From a virus, in the IMG/VR virus record IMGVR_UViG_3300018432_000013, positions 1 to 64,000 of that record: 64,000 nucleotides of DNA, one strand, 5' to 3'. Shown one piece after another: positions 17,799 through 26,639 of the stretch. The notes below the pieces were generated by a model. The model did no database searches, was not told where the DNA came from, and saw only the letters and a program-made list of their open reading frames with translations. A program made the position numbers and the translations under genes. How positions within the stretch are numbered: position 1 is the first letter of the stretch; every line of letters starts with the position of its first letter.

Positions 17799-18859
17799 CA
17801 CGCGCCTCCAAACCAGAGAAAGTAGAGCCGCAGTATCAACGTGCGCGGCACGTATGCAGTTGCGGCACTAACAGCGATGTCGTGGAGCGTGTATGTGCGC
17901 CCGTCATGACGCAGCTGCCGTGAATAGAAGACGATGTCATCAAGCAAGGCCTCAAAACGCCATCCGCCTGCGAAGTAAAGCCCTTCGGGCACGTGCGTGG
18001 GTGTGCGGACCTGAACTCTAGCCCGCAGGAGTTTCGTCCCGGGCGCGACGGTCACCACTTGCGAGACTTCGTTCATTGAAGGGTCGACGAACGCCTCCAT
18101 GATTTGCGCTGCATGTCCGAGCTCCACGACGAAGACGCCGGGGATGCTTGCGTGCGGGATACGCCCTTGCTTCGTCCCGAGATCAAGCGAGAAGACGTTG
18201 AGATCGGTTGGTTCAGCGGGCGCAGGTGGCGACGGCGGTTCGTTCTCCGAGCCCAGGAATACCCACGTGTTCGAAACGAGCGGTCCGCTCTGCCCGGCCA
18301 CCAACGCGTCGTTAATCGTGAGTGTGTAAATCTCTCCTGCCCACTGTTGACTCGTGGTGAGAATCAGCGTGCCGAGGTCCCATCCGCTGACTACGACAGA
18401 AAGTGCGGTGAGTCCGTTGTCGAACGTGTAGTTCGACGGGTCCATGTTTGCAGGCACTCCATCCATCGCGTCGTTGAAGCTCAGCACGAGGGTTGCAGTA
18501 TCAGTGGCTTCGCTCCCCACGACGTACACGCCCGAAGCGGGCATGAAGCCAGCAAAAGCTTTCTCATTCAGGATAAGGGGTGACGCGGCCGGCGGCCCGA
18601 CACCTGTGATCGCCGCGAGATCAACCGCGAGCGTGTAAATCATCTGCGGGATCTGCTGGCTCGTCGTCAGCGTCACGCGCTTGGTTGGATACACGTTGTC
18701 GTAGGCGACGGCAGTGCACACGAGCCCGAAGTTGAACGCGTACGACGCGGGATCGGCTATGCCGGGCGAGTTCGGGAGGTCGATGAACGCCGAAAAGATC
18801 AACTCGAGCGTCGTCGCGTCGAGGACGTCAACGAACTGCAGGTTGATCCAGGCGCTCAC
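17798..18859 (-). CDS. virion protein with two Ig-like repeats
   Basis: Repeated DP.[SN]Y.F..GL...LTTSQQ....YTL. Confidence 0.7.
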   Translation of the reverse strand: MSAWINLQFVDVLDATTLELIFSAFIDLPNSPGIADPASYAFNFGLVCTAVAYDNVYPTKRVTLTTSQQIPQMIYTLAVDLAAITGVGPPAASPLILNEKAFAGFMPASGVYVVGSEATDTATLVLSFNDAMDGVPANMDPSNYTFDNGLTALSVVVSGWDLGTLILTTSQQWAGEIYTLTINDALVAGQSGPLVSNTWVFLGSENEPPSPPAPAEPTDLNVFSLDLGTKQGRIPHASIPGVFVVELGHAAQIMEAFVDPSMNEVSQVVTVAPGTKLLRARVQVRTPTHVPEGLYFAGGWRFEALLDDIVFYSRQLRHDGRTYTLHDIAVSAATAYVPRTLILRLYFLWFGGA

Positions 18860-19581
18860 TGGCGTCCCACCTGAATCTGATCAAAGAATCCACGACGCTG
18901 CGTGTCGGTGGTGTAGAAGCCGTAACCAGCGCGGCCACCCACCAAGGGTTGCGATCCGGTATTGATGCCAAGCGCATCATCGACGAACCCGTAGAACCCA
19001 GGGGCGAAAGGCCCCTCCATCCCCGGCACGACTTCCCAGACGGGCGACGTGACGGAGTGTGCAACCAGGTTGTTCTGGTAGACCTGCAGGAGCACGTCAC
19101 CTGAGCCCTGCACGATCGCATCAAGCCGCAAATGCAGCCACGTCGCTGGTGCAAAGGCATTGGTGGAGCGCATGAGCACGCTGTTGCTATCAGGCGCCGG
19201 TTCGAGGTCGGGCAGGCCTGACGTCAGCGCGCCCTTCTTCAGCACAATGTGATGCGGATCGTCGTCGCCCAGGCCGAGCAGATAAGCCGCGTCGTTGACC
19301 GACTGGCCCTGCAGCCCGAGAAACAAAAACGGCGCAAAGTTCTGCGGGCCGCCGCTACGGCCGCGCTGAATCGCACCACGAATGCTTCCTCCTGAGGCCA
19401 TGGGCGCAAAGCCCTGCTGCGACGCGTGCAGCCCAACGGCGCCGTCTGCGAGCTCAAGTGAGTTGAAGCCGTAGACGAAGTCACCGCCCCCGTTGGGCCG
19501 CACGATGCCTGCAGTCACACCACGGTCGACCTGGGGCATGCCGAGGCTCTCTTCGAGAAGGGTCCAATCCGTCGATGCCAT
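18856..19581 (-). CDS. beta-rich structural protein (lectin-like)
   Basis: Coupled in tail operon; WLHLRLD strand; GGAG SD. Confidence 0.6.
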   Translation of the reverse strand: MASTDWTLLEESLGMPQVDRGVTAGIVRPNGGGDFVYGFNSLELADGAVGLHASQQGFAPMASGGSIRGAIQRGRSGGPQNFAPFLFLGLQGQSVNDAAYLLGLGDDDPHHIVLKKGALTSGLPDLEPAPDSNSVLMRSTNAFAPATWLHLRLDAIVQGSGDVLLQVYQNNLVAHSVTSPVWEVVPGMEGPFAPGFYGFVDDALGINTGSQPLVGGRAGYGFYTTDTQRRGFFDQIQVGRQ

Positions 19582-19593
19582 GCGAGGTCTCCT

Positions 19594-20472
19594 TCACGTC
19601 TCCGAAAACGTCGTCTGCATATAAAGCCCGTCCGGGATGGCCCAGTCGTAGAAGTGCTCCGCGTTCGTGGTGGCCACAAGCGTGATCGTCGGCACGAGCG
19701 TCACCCAACCGAGCGCGTCAGGCGCGTGCAGTACAGTCAGACGACCGCTCGTATCCGCAGGATCGCTCGTGAGGCTCACCGGCCCGTAGCCCTTGCCAAA
19801 ACCTTCGTACTCATTGAGGGCGTCCCCGAACTTGCGGAAGTCGAACTCGATGCGGCGGAAGAAGGTTGCTCCTTCTGCCATGCCGGCCATCTCTTCGCGA
19901 TTCGGCACATCAAAGAGCGTGTCTCTGGCCGTGCCTCCGGTGACCCAGAGATGAATCGCCGGCCCGGTCCGGTGCGAAACGATCCGCACGCGATCGCCGT
20001 GCACCGTGGCACGTGCATCGACGAGCACCTCGTTCAGCGCATTGGCGACCTCTCCTGGCCGCGCATCAGTAATGTCGTTGAAGTGCCGCGCTGCGAACGT
20101 CACCGTCACAGGCTCGCGATCCATCACCGAAATGAGCAGCGTCTGTCCCACCGCCAGCGCGAATGGTCCGGGCTCCGACGTCACGATGGCGGGGCCTGCA
20201 CCCCAGAGATCTTCAAAATCCTCGACTGTCTTCGGCGTGTTCGTCGAAAAGTCGAAGAAGGCGTAGGCGAGATCTTGAAAGAAGCCGCGGAACAGAAACT
20301 TCTTCGCGCCCCAGCCCGCTTCAAAGCCCTCTTTGCCGTCGAGGTCCTGCGTCGTCTCGTCGCCTGCAAAGCCCGCGATAGTGCGTGCAGGGGCGTACGT
20401 CGCCCGCGTCCACGAGGCTGCCTCGTAGCGCTGCGCGCCTGCCGTCACGAACGTACCGTTGATCAAGGGCAT
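19594..20472 (-). CDS. structural protein sharing a domain with the sheath insertion
   Basis: GPFALAVGQTL..VTF..EVANALN..VTGGTA. Confidence 0.6.
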   Translation of the reverse strand: MPLINGTFVTAGAQRYEAASWTRATYAPARTIAGFAGDETTQDLDGKEGFEAGWGAKKFLFRGFFQDLAYAFFDFSTNTPKTVEDFEDLWGAGPAIVTSEPGPFALAVGQTLLISVMDREPVTVTFAARHFNDITDARPGEVANALNEVLVDARATVHGDRVRIVSHRTGPAIHLWVTGGTARDTLFDVPNREEMAGMAEGATFFRRIEFDFRKFGDALNEYEGFGKGYGPVSLTSDPADTSGRLTVLHAPDALGWVTLVPTITLVATTNAEHFYDWAIPDGLYMQTTFSET

Positions 20473-20479
20473 TCAAATC

Positions 20480-22015
20480 TCACAAGGGAGAGAGCAGCGC
20501 GTCGGTCTCACCGTTGAGCACCACGACTGTGCCGAGCCGCGGAAACTGGTGCGCCTGCACGATGAGATCGCGGTGCGCACCGTTCACGAGCAGATCGTTG
20601 AAGCCGTCGCCGAGCTTGCGGATGCCGGAGACGTCGCGAATCGCGTTGGCAATATCGCTCAGCGCGAGCACCCCATCGAATGTGCCTTCGCTCGTCTGCG
20701 CAGCGTAGAAGCCGAAGTTCACGTCGGGGTTGTCGCGCTCATCCTCGGTGCCTTCATCAACGTTCAGCGCGAACAGCTTTGCCAGCGCCGCGCGAATGGC
20801 TGTATCCGCCGCCTTGGGTGCGACGCCTTTGCGCAGAAACACCGTCGCTTGGATGTTCACGACGAGATACTCGGCGGGCAGCACGTCGACGTGGAAGGTG
20901 ATCGTGTTCGGGTAGCTCACCGTGACCATCTCGAGCACGTCGTCGAGCATCTGGCCTGAGGGCCTACCACCACCTGCTGGCACGACGAAGAGCTGCCCGG
21001 CGTTCTCGCGGATGGCGGGTACTTGGTTACGCGTGAGCATCAGCGCGCGCGCTACCCCGGAGACGCGCCGCGCATTGATTTCGTAGTCCTCGCGCGCGAC
21101 GGTGCGCGTCAGGGCACGCAGCCGCTGAGGCGCCTCGACTTGAATCTGCGCGCGACTCTTGCGCGGGCTGCCGCCACGCGCTTCCACCGGGTTGGTCACC
21201 GCAATCTGAACGGGATTGCCGAGGTCGTCGGTGATCACGCTGTCGACTTTTCGCAGCGCGTTCGGCTCGAGGTTGCCTGCTGCGCCCCCGCCCGTTTTGT
21301 AACGCACTTCGATCGTGCCGGAGGGGATAGCGCCGTTGGTGCCGTTTCCAAAGCGAAGAATGGCGCGCTCGTACTGGTCGACGCTGATCGTGTAATGCAG
21401 GTCGTCGCTGGCGGAGCCGAGGAAGTTGTCGACGCGCGTGAACGCGCCAAGTTGCGTGTCGATCGCCTCAGACGCATCAAGATAGGGCGTATTGCTGAGG
21501 CGCACCTCTTGGTTGGCAAAGCCCGTCGCCGGGAAGGTCTCAAACCAGCCAGCGCTGTGTTCGACCGGAAGTATGACGGTGGTCTGACCGGCACTCACGA
21601 CGCCCGCCTGCACCGTCTGAAACACGATGGGGTCGCGCACCTCCGGGGTGCGCACGAGCGTGCCCGAAGGGATCTGCACATCGGCGAGGTAGTTCGGCTG
21701 GGCAAGCGTGAAGAGTACATCCGTCGTTGCTGCGGTTGCGCCGGCCGGCGCGTAATTCAGGAGCTTGGCGAGCGCGACAACGCTCTGACGCTGCCTTGCG
21801 AGCGTCAGACGCGACTCACGCGCACGTGCATCGAGGTAGAAGCCGAGCACGTCTCCCGTGAAGGACGTCAGCTCGATCAGCAGATTGCCGAAATTCGCAA
21901 CGGCTTGCTCAGTCCAATCCGGGTACGCGACAGAGATGAGGTTGTAGAGGCGCGCCCGGATCGAGTCGAAGTCGAAGTCGCTGTAGTCGACCGATGGTGT
22001 GGGTAGAATCGCCAT
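20480..22015 (-). CDS. baseplate J/gp47 protein
   Basis: DYSDFDFDSIR, FGNGTNGAIP, RTVAREDYE. Confidence 0.9.
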   Translation of the reverse strand: MAILPTPSVDYSDFDFDSIRARLYNLISVAYPDWTEQAVANFGNLLIELTSFTGDVLGFYLDARARESRLTLARQRQSVVALAKLLNYAPAGATAATTDVLFTLAQPNYLADVQIPSGTLVRTPEVRDPIVFQTVQAGVVSAGQTTVILPVEHSAGWFETFPATGFANQEVRLSNTPYLDASEAIDTQLGAFTRVDNFLGSASDDLHYTISVDQYERAILRFGNGTNGAIPSGTIEVRYKTGGGAAGNLEPNALRKVDSVITDDLGNPVQIAVTNPVEARGGSPRKSRAQIQVEAPQRLRALTRTVAREDYEINARRVSGVARALMLTRNQVPAIRENAGQLFVVPAGGGRPSGQMLDDVLEMVTVSYPNTITFHVDVLPAEYLVVNIQATVFLRKGVAPKAADTAIRAALAKLFALNVDEGTEDERDNPDVNFGFYAAQTSEGTFDGVLALSDIANAIRDVSGIRKLGDGFNDLLVNGAHRDLIVQAHQFPRLGTVVVLNGETDALLSPL

Positions 22016-22041
22016 GCGCTGTTGCCGGCATGATACCTAGT

Positions 22042-22545
22042 TCAGGTAGGGAGGGGCACATCCAGTTTCTCCGTGCCTGCGAGGACGTTGCCGCTGCCCG
22101 CCTGCACGATCTGAAACTCCACGCGCACGAATGCGCTGACCTGCCCCTGCGCATCCAAACCGCGTAGGACCTGCACCTTCATCACGCGTGCACGAGGCTC
22201 CCAGCGATCGATGGCGCTCACGACGCGACTGCGAACGAGGTCGCCGTATGCCTCGTCGAGATTGGCGTACTGCAAGCGATGCAGCAGACTCCCAAACTCA
22301 GGACGCCAGGGAAGCTCGCCTGTCATGCGCCCATCGTCAGCGCGCACGGCGAGCACCTGTGCGATCGCCGACCGCACGAGCTCATACCCACCGCCTGCAG
22401 TGAAGTCCGCTTTCCGATCTCGGCGAAACGGCGTGAGCAGTCCGTAGCCAAGCAGCGAGCGCTCTCCGGCAGACGCTGCGTTGGCGCCGGCCGCGCCTGC
22501 GGAGGCCTCGATGGGCGGCGGCTCTTCAAGCACTGGGAAAGGCAT
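22042..22545 (-). CDS. GPW/gp25 baseplate wedge protein
   Basis: GELPWRPEFGSLL, AIDRWEPR. Confidence 0.9.
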   Translation of the reverse strand: MPFPVLEEPPPIEASAGAAGANAASAGERSLLGYGLLTPFRRDRKADFTAGGGYELVRSAIAQVLAVRADDGRMTGELPWRPEFGSLLHRLQYANLDEAYGDLVRSRVVSAIDRWEPRARVMKVQVLRGLDAQGQVSAFVRVEFQIVQAGSGNVLAGTEKLDVPLPT

Positions 22546-22556
22546 GAGCAGGCTCC

Positions 22557-23288
22557 TCAGCAGCGTGGCTGCGCGTTGAGTGGTGGGATGGGCAGTCCGC
22601 GCCGCACGCCGCGCAGCAGGTCGATAAGCTTCTGCACCTGTGTGCGCGCGCCGAACACGTCATGACCGAGCGGCCCAAGGGGCTGAAGTGGCGCTACCCC
22701 AAGCAGCGCCAAGAACAGGTTCAAAAGCTCGAAGATGGGTGAGAGCGGCGCCATCGCCTCATCCACGGCACACATCCGCATCGCATTGATTTTGCGCGCG
22801 CAGTCGAGCACCGCAGCGAGGGGATCGCTCTCGCTGATGATCTGCTGCGCGAGCCGGTCGATATCTTGCTCCTTGAGCGCGATCTGGGCGAGCTCAACCA
22901 TAAAGCCCTCGAGCACGCGAATCACGACGTCGAGCACGTGCGCCACCATCAGCGGCCCGGAAATCTGCGGGACGAGCTGCGCAAGCGACGCAAACGTCTT
23001 GGCAGCGTTCGAGATCTCCTTCGCGATCTTCACGGGGTTGAGCGTCGCCACCGCATCGAGGATCTTCACGATGGCCAGCACCGCCGCCAGGATGTCGAAG
23101 ATGGGCTTGGTCGGCGCGAGCACGAGCTGCACCTGGGCGAGCAGGCTGCGCGCGACCTCGGCTTCGGTCGCGTAGAGCTGCGACATCATCGCGCCGATTT
23201 TGGCCCCGCCCGGGAAGGTGAGCTCGAGACCGCGCGCGCCGAGCAGCGGGATGGGGCACGTCACGCCGGTTGCGACGTTGAGAGGCAT
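22557..23288 (-). CDS. hydrophobic helical hypothetical protein in baseplate cluster
   Basis: TGATG-coupled to spike gene. Confidence 0.7.
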   Translation of the reverse strand: MPLNVATGVTCPIPLLGARGLELTFPGGAKIGAMMSQLYATEAEVARSLLAQVQLVLAPTKPIFDILAAVLAIVKILDAVATLNPVKIAKEISNAAKTFASLAQLVPQISGPLMVAHVLDVVIRVLEGFMVELAQIALKEQDIDRLAQQIISESDPLAAVLDCARKINAMRMCAVDEAMAPLSPIFELLNLFLALLGVAPLQPLGPLGHDVFGARTQVQKLIDLLRGVRRGLPIPPLNAQPRC

Positions 23289-23836
23289 CAGAGCGCTCCA
23301 AAGCCAGCAGCGACGCCGTTGACGAACACCTGCAGGCCCTCGATGTACACGAAGCCGTCCGCCTTGAGGTTGAGCGTGCTCGTCGCCTGCACCGTGATCG
23401 AACGCGTCACGCCATTCATCTGCACCGAGTTTCCGCTCAGCTTGTCGTGAAGGGTAAGTGAGCGGCTCTCTGGACGGTCGTCGATCAGCACGACGTAACT
23501 CTCTGTCTCGATGGCCTGGGCGTTGGGGTCGCCTTCGGTGCCCGTAAGCTGCTCTCCGTGCCCGAGATTGCCGCCGAGGTAGTAGGGCTGGTCGACGTCC
23601 CCCATCCGGAAGAAGACAGCCACCTCGGCGCCCACAGGCGGCACGAACACGCTCCCGCGCTTCTTCGACCCGCCACCGAAACCGAGCGGGAGCGCCCAGT
23701 TCGTTCCCTGCTCGATGATGCCGGGGATCTGAACGCGTACGCGCCCGAGCCCCTCCGGGTCGTCGCGCTCGATGACCGGGCCCGTGAACAACCCATGAAG
23801 CGGCATGTCCGGCCTACCGAGATCGTGATGGAACAT
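23288..23836 (-). CDS. baseplate spike protein V (gp5 OB-fold)
   Basis: DDPEGLGRVRV, PPVGAEVAVFF.GD..QPYYLG. Confidence 0.9.
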   Translation of the reverse strand: MFHHDLGRPDMPLHGLFTGPVIERDDPEGLGRVRVQIPGIIEQGTNWALPLGFGGGSKKRGSVFVPPVGAEVAVFFRMGDVDQPYYLGGNLGHGEQLTGTEGDPNAQAIETESYVVLIDDRPESRSLTLHDKLSGNSVQMNGVTRSITVQATSTLNLKADGFVYIEGLQVFVNGVAAGFGAL

Positions 23837-25311
23837 CAGCCACCTCCTGCGGGCTTGCTGGCCTTCGTCGCCGGCACCCGCTCTCGCCAACCTGTCGCAA
23901 TCTGCTGCCCACTCTTGTCGAGAATGGGCACGGGCTGAAGCGCATCCTTGTCGCACGGCGTCCCGGTCACAGACGCCGGGCTCTTCTTCGCGCGCGAAGG
24001 CTCGCCTGCAACGACGGGCAGTCCGCTCTCAGCGCCGAGCTTCGCGCGCGTGGTCGGGCCTGTGCCGTCTGAGAGCATCTTCAGCTTCATCGCGTATTTG
24101 CCCGGGGCCACGCTGTGCTCGACCTCCTGCACGTAGTAGGCGCCGCTCAAACGCTGCCCGACCCCGGAGAGCGTCACGATGGACTTGGCCAGCATGGACG
24201 GGTCTCCGACCGCCTCGAGTGTGATCTTCACCGCACCGCGCTGCCCCGCGCGAAACTTGGCTTTGGCCTCCGTCTTGGCCGCTTCGGCGCCGCCTTCCGG
24301 AGAACACATCAGCGGGCCCTGATCGACGGGAGCGTACGCCGTGGTCGCCGCAACCGAGGTCGACTCGAGCGCGGCCGAGCGCAGGTCCTCCGACTTGAGC
24401 AGCGAAATCTCGAGCCCGCCTGCCCCCTCGCTACGAACAACACCTGCGGAGCTTGCTGGCGGTGCGGCCGACTGCGCTGCTGCAGCGGGCGGCACACCGC
24501 CCGAGTAGCTCCTCTCCAGCGCACCCGTGCGCAGATCGGGCGACTTGATGAGCGTTATTTCCCCTGTGCCCTCGCGCTCGGTATCGGTCGCATTCGAGGC
24601 GGAGACAGTGGTCGTCTGTTTGGTGAGCGGGTCTCTCACCGTCTTGGTCACGATGGCTGGGCGCTTGGTGACGTCGGTCTCGACATCGATGTTCGTCACG
24701 TCGCCGCGGCCCGGGTCGGTGTACCAGATGAAGCTACGTAGCGGTGGCTGCAGGAGCTTGGCCTCGTGAAAGTGCAAGCCGTCCTGGTCCACGTAAAACT
24801 CGAAGCCCTGTTGCGACGCAAGCTTGCGCAAGAGCTGCGCATCGGTCGTATTCGCCTGGGTGATGAAGGGAAACTTTGCGCCTGTGTCTTCGATGAGAAG
24901 CCTCTCGCCATCGTAGCCGTACTCGCGCGCAATCTGCTGCACCACCTGGCTACGCGTCATACCCTTGAACGTGCGGCTGCGCTTGGCGGCGTCCATGACC
25001 ACGCTTTTTCCGCGCGCCTCGATCGTCAACTCCATGAAGCCTTTGACCTTCATGATGAGGCACTCGCGGGTGAGGGCCATGTTCCCCGCATAGCCCCACG
25101 ACACCTGCACGAGATTGCCCTGCATCCAAAGGGGATCGTCGAAGTTAGACAGGTCGAAGTTGTCGACCTTGAGCGCGCACTTGTCCGCCTGCTTTTGATT
25201 GTCCGTGTACACGAGCGACTTCACACGGTGCGTCTGCTCTGTCACGCGCTGCGAGTTGCCCGAGACATCCTTGACCGTCACGTAGATCAGCGGTGCGCTG
25301 CGCTCGCTCAT
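23836..25311 (-). CDS. baseplate hub / late control D protein
   Basis: VSWGYAG, QANTTDAQLLRKLA..GFEFYV, SGAYYVQEVEH. Confidence 0.85.
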   Translation of the reverse strand: MSERSAPLIYVTVKDVSGNSQRVTEQTHRVKSLVYTDNQKQADKCALKVDNFDLSNFDDPLWMQGNLVQVSWGYAGNMALTRECLIMKVKGFMELTIEARGKSVVMDAAKRSRTFKGMTRSQVVQQIAREYGYDGERLLIEDTGAKFPFITQANTTDAQLLRKLASQQGFEFYVDQDGLHFHEAKLLQPPLRSFIWYTDPGRGDVTNIDVETDVTKRPAIVTKTVRDPLTKQTTTVSASNATDTEREGTGEITLIKSPDLRTGALERSYSGGVPPAAAAQSAAPPASSAGVVRSEGAGGLEISLLKSEDLRSAALESTSVAATTAYAPVDQGPLMCSPEGGAEAAKTEAKAKFRAGQRGAVKITLEAVGDPSMLAKSIVTLSGVGQRLSGAYYVQEVEHSVAPGKYAMKLKMLSDGTGPTTRAKLGAESGLPVVAGEPSRAKKSPASVTGTPCDKDALQPVPILDKSGQQIATGWRERVPATKASKPAGGG

Positions 25312-25427
25312 CGTGTCACCCAGCGCACGAGCGCGTGAATCAGCAACAGCCCTGCACACCACACCATAAACACCGCTGCGTTTACTGCGACATAAAACAT
25401 CCCGAGCAGCAGCACGGCAGAATGCAT
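25308..25427 (-). CDS. 39-aa hydrophobic membrane peptide (MHSAVLLLGMFYVAVNAAVFMVWCAGLLLIHALVRWVTR)
   Basis: Read by hand; TGATG overlap upstream and ATGA overlap downstream. Confidence 0.6.
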   Translation of the reverse strand: MHSAVLLLGMFYVAVNAAVFMVWCAGLLLIHALVRWVTR

Positions 25428-25714
25428 CACGGCTCCACCTCGATAGAGAGCCCGGCCTCCGCAAACCGCTGCTGCAGCCACTCGCTTGCAGCCTCGTAGG
25501 AATCGAACCCGGTCATCTCGAAGCGCTTACCTCCGGCAACCAACGAGACCTCCACGCCACGTTCGGCACGATAAATGGATCCGGTACGCTGCGTGCGGGT
25601 GCGGCCTGCAACCTGCACCTCAGAGAGGATGACCCCGAGCTCAGGTATCTCCCCCGAACCATGCGAGCGATGCACACTGAAACGAATCGCCCACTCGATC
25701 TTGAGACCCTTCAT
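25427..25714 (-). CDS. hypothetical protein inserted in tail operon
   Basis: ATGA-coupled to LysM gene. Confidence 0.6.
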   Translation of the reverse strand: MKGLKIEWAIRFSVHRSHGSGEIPELGVILSEVQVAGRTRTQRTGSIYRAERGVEVSLVAGGKRFEMTGFDSYEAASEWLQQRFAEAGLSIEVEP

Positions 25715-26058
25715 GCGACATCGTCCTCGCGGCGCCGCGCCTCACTGAACACCATCTCCTGCACGACGCGCACCGACGGGATGAACAGCACCTGACCGAC
25801 CTGCAGCTGAATCGTTGGGTCGATGATGGGGTCCGGCTGAAAATCTGCGATCACCCACCAGAGCCCTGCCGGCCGCGGCAGGCCCGCATAGTGACGCGCA
25901 GCAAGCGCCCAGAGTGACTCGCCCCAGCGCACCACATGCTGCTGCGTGTCGTTCAACGGTCGAAAGCGAAAGGGCGTGCGCTCGGTGAGATACAGGCGAT
26001 CCGCCTCATCGGTGACCGCGAGCGAGTACGTGTGCCGGCTGTAACGGCGCGGCGGCAT
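25711..26058 (-). CDS. LysM/tail X baseplate protein
   Basis: HVVRWGESLWALAARHY..WWVIADF..GQVLFIPS. Confidence 0.88.
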   Translation of the reverse strand: MPPRRYSRHTYSLAVTDEADRLYLTERTPFRFRPLNDTQQHVVRWGESLWALAARHYAGLPRPAGLWWVIADFQPDPIIDPTIQLQVGQVLFIPSVRVVQEMVFSEARRREDDVA

Positions 26059-26639
26059 CAGAGATCCCCCCCGAAACGACGCGACGTGCTGCGCTGAAAA
26101 CCACCGAGGCGCGCATCGAGGCTCGTGTACCTGAGATCGCGCATCTCCTCGATACTCAAGGATGCCGTGAACTCGGTCGGCTCCCCCGTCACGTTGAAGC
26201 CTGTGTACTTGAAGTCGACGTCGTTAATGATCGCTTCAAACGAGAGAAACTCCGGCCACACGACGAGCACCTTGGGCGGGCTGTTGCGCGTGACAAAACT
26301 CGAGTCGCCTCGCGGCACGCAAAGCGAGAAAAGAAAGCTCTCTGCGTGAAACCGATCGTCGAGCGTGAACGGCTCAAGGCGTGAGTCCGGACGCTCTACC
26401 AACCCCGCCGCTACTGCCGCCGCAGGCGCCGAAACCCGGAAATACAGGTCGAGCTTGAGCCCGAGATCATCTGTGTGGGAAAACTGCCGCAGCGTATGGC
26501 TCATCCCCGGGATTGTCGTCTTCTGCCAGACGGCTTTGATGGTGAGGGCAAGCTCATTCGGGTTGAACTGCGCACGCAGCGACTCCTGGTCAGGACTGTC
26601 GAGGTTCACGAGGACAAGGCGTGGCGACCGCTGATACAT
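26058..26639 (-). CDS. tail tube initiator (CIS tube-like)
   Basis: AQFNPNEL, PPKVLVVWP; follows tape measure. Confidence 0.8.
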   Translation of the reverse strand: MYQRSPRLVLVNLDSPDQESLRAQFNPNELALTIKAVWQKTTIPGMSHTLRQFSHTDDLGLKLDLYFRVSAPAAAVAAGLVERPDSRLEPFTLDDRFHAESFLFSLCVPRGDSSFVTRNSPPKVLVVWPEFLSFEAIINDVDFKYTGFNVTGEPTEFTASLSIEEMRDLRYTSLDARLGGFQRSTSRRFGGDL

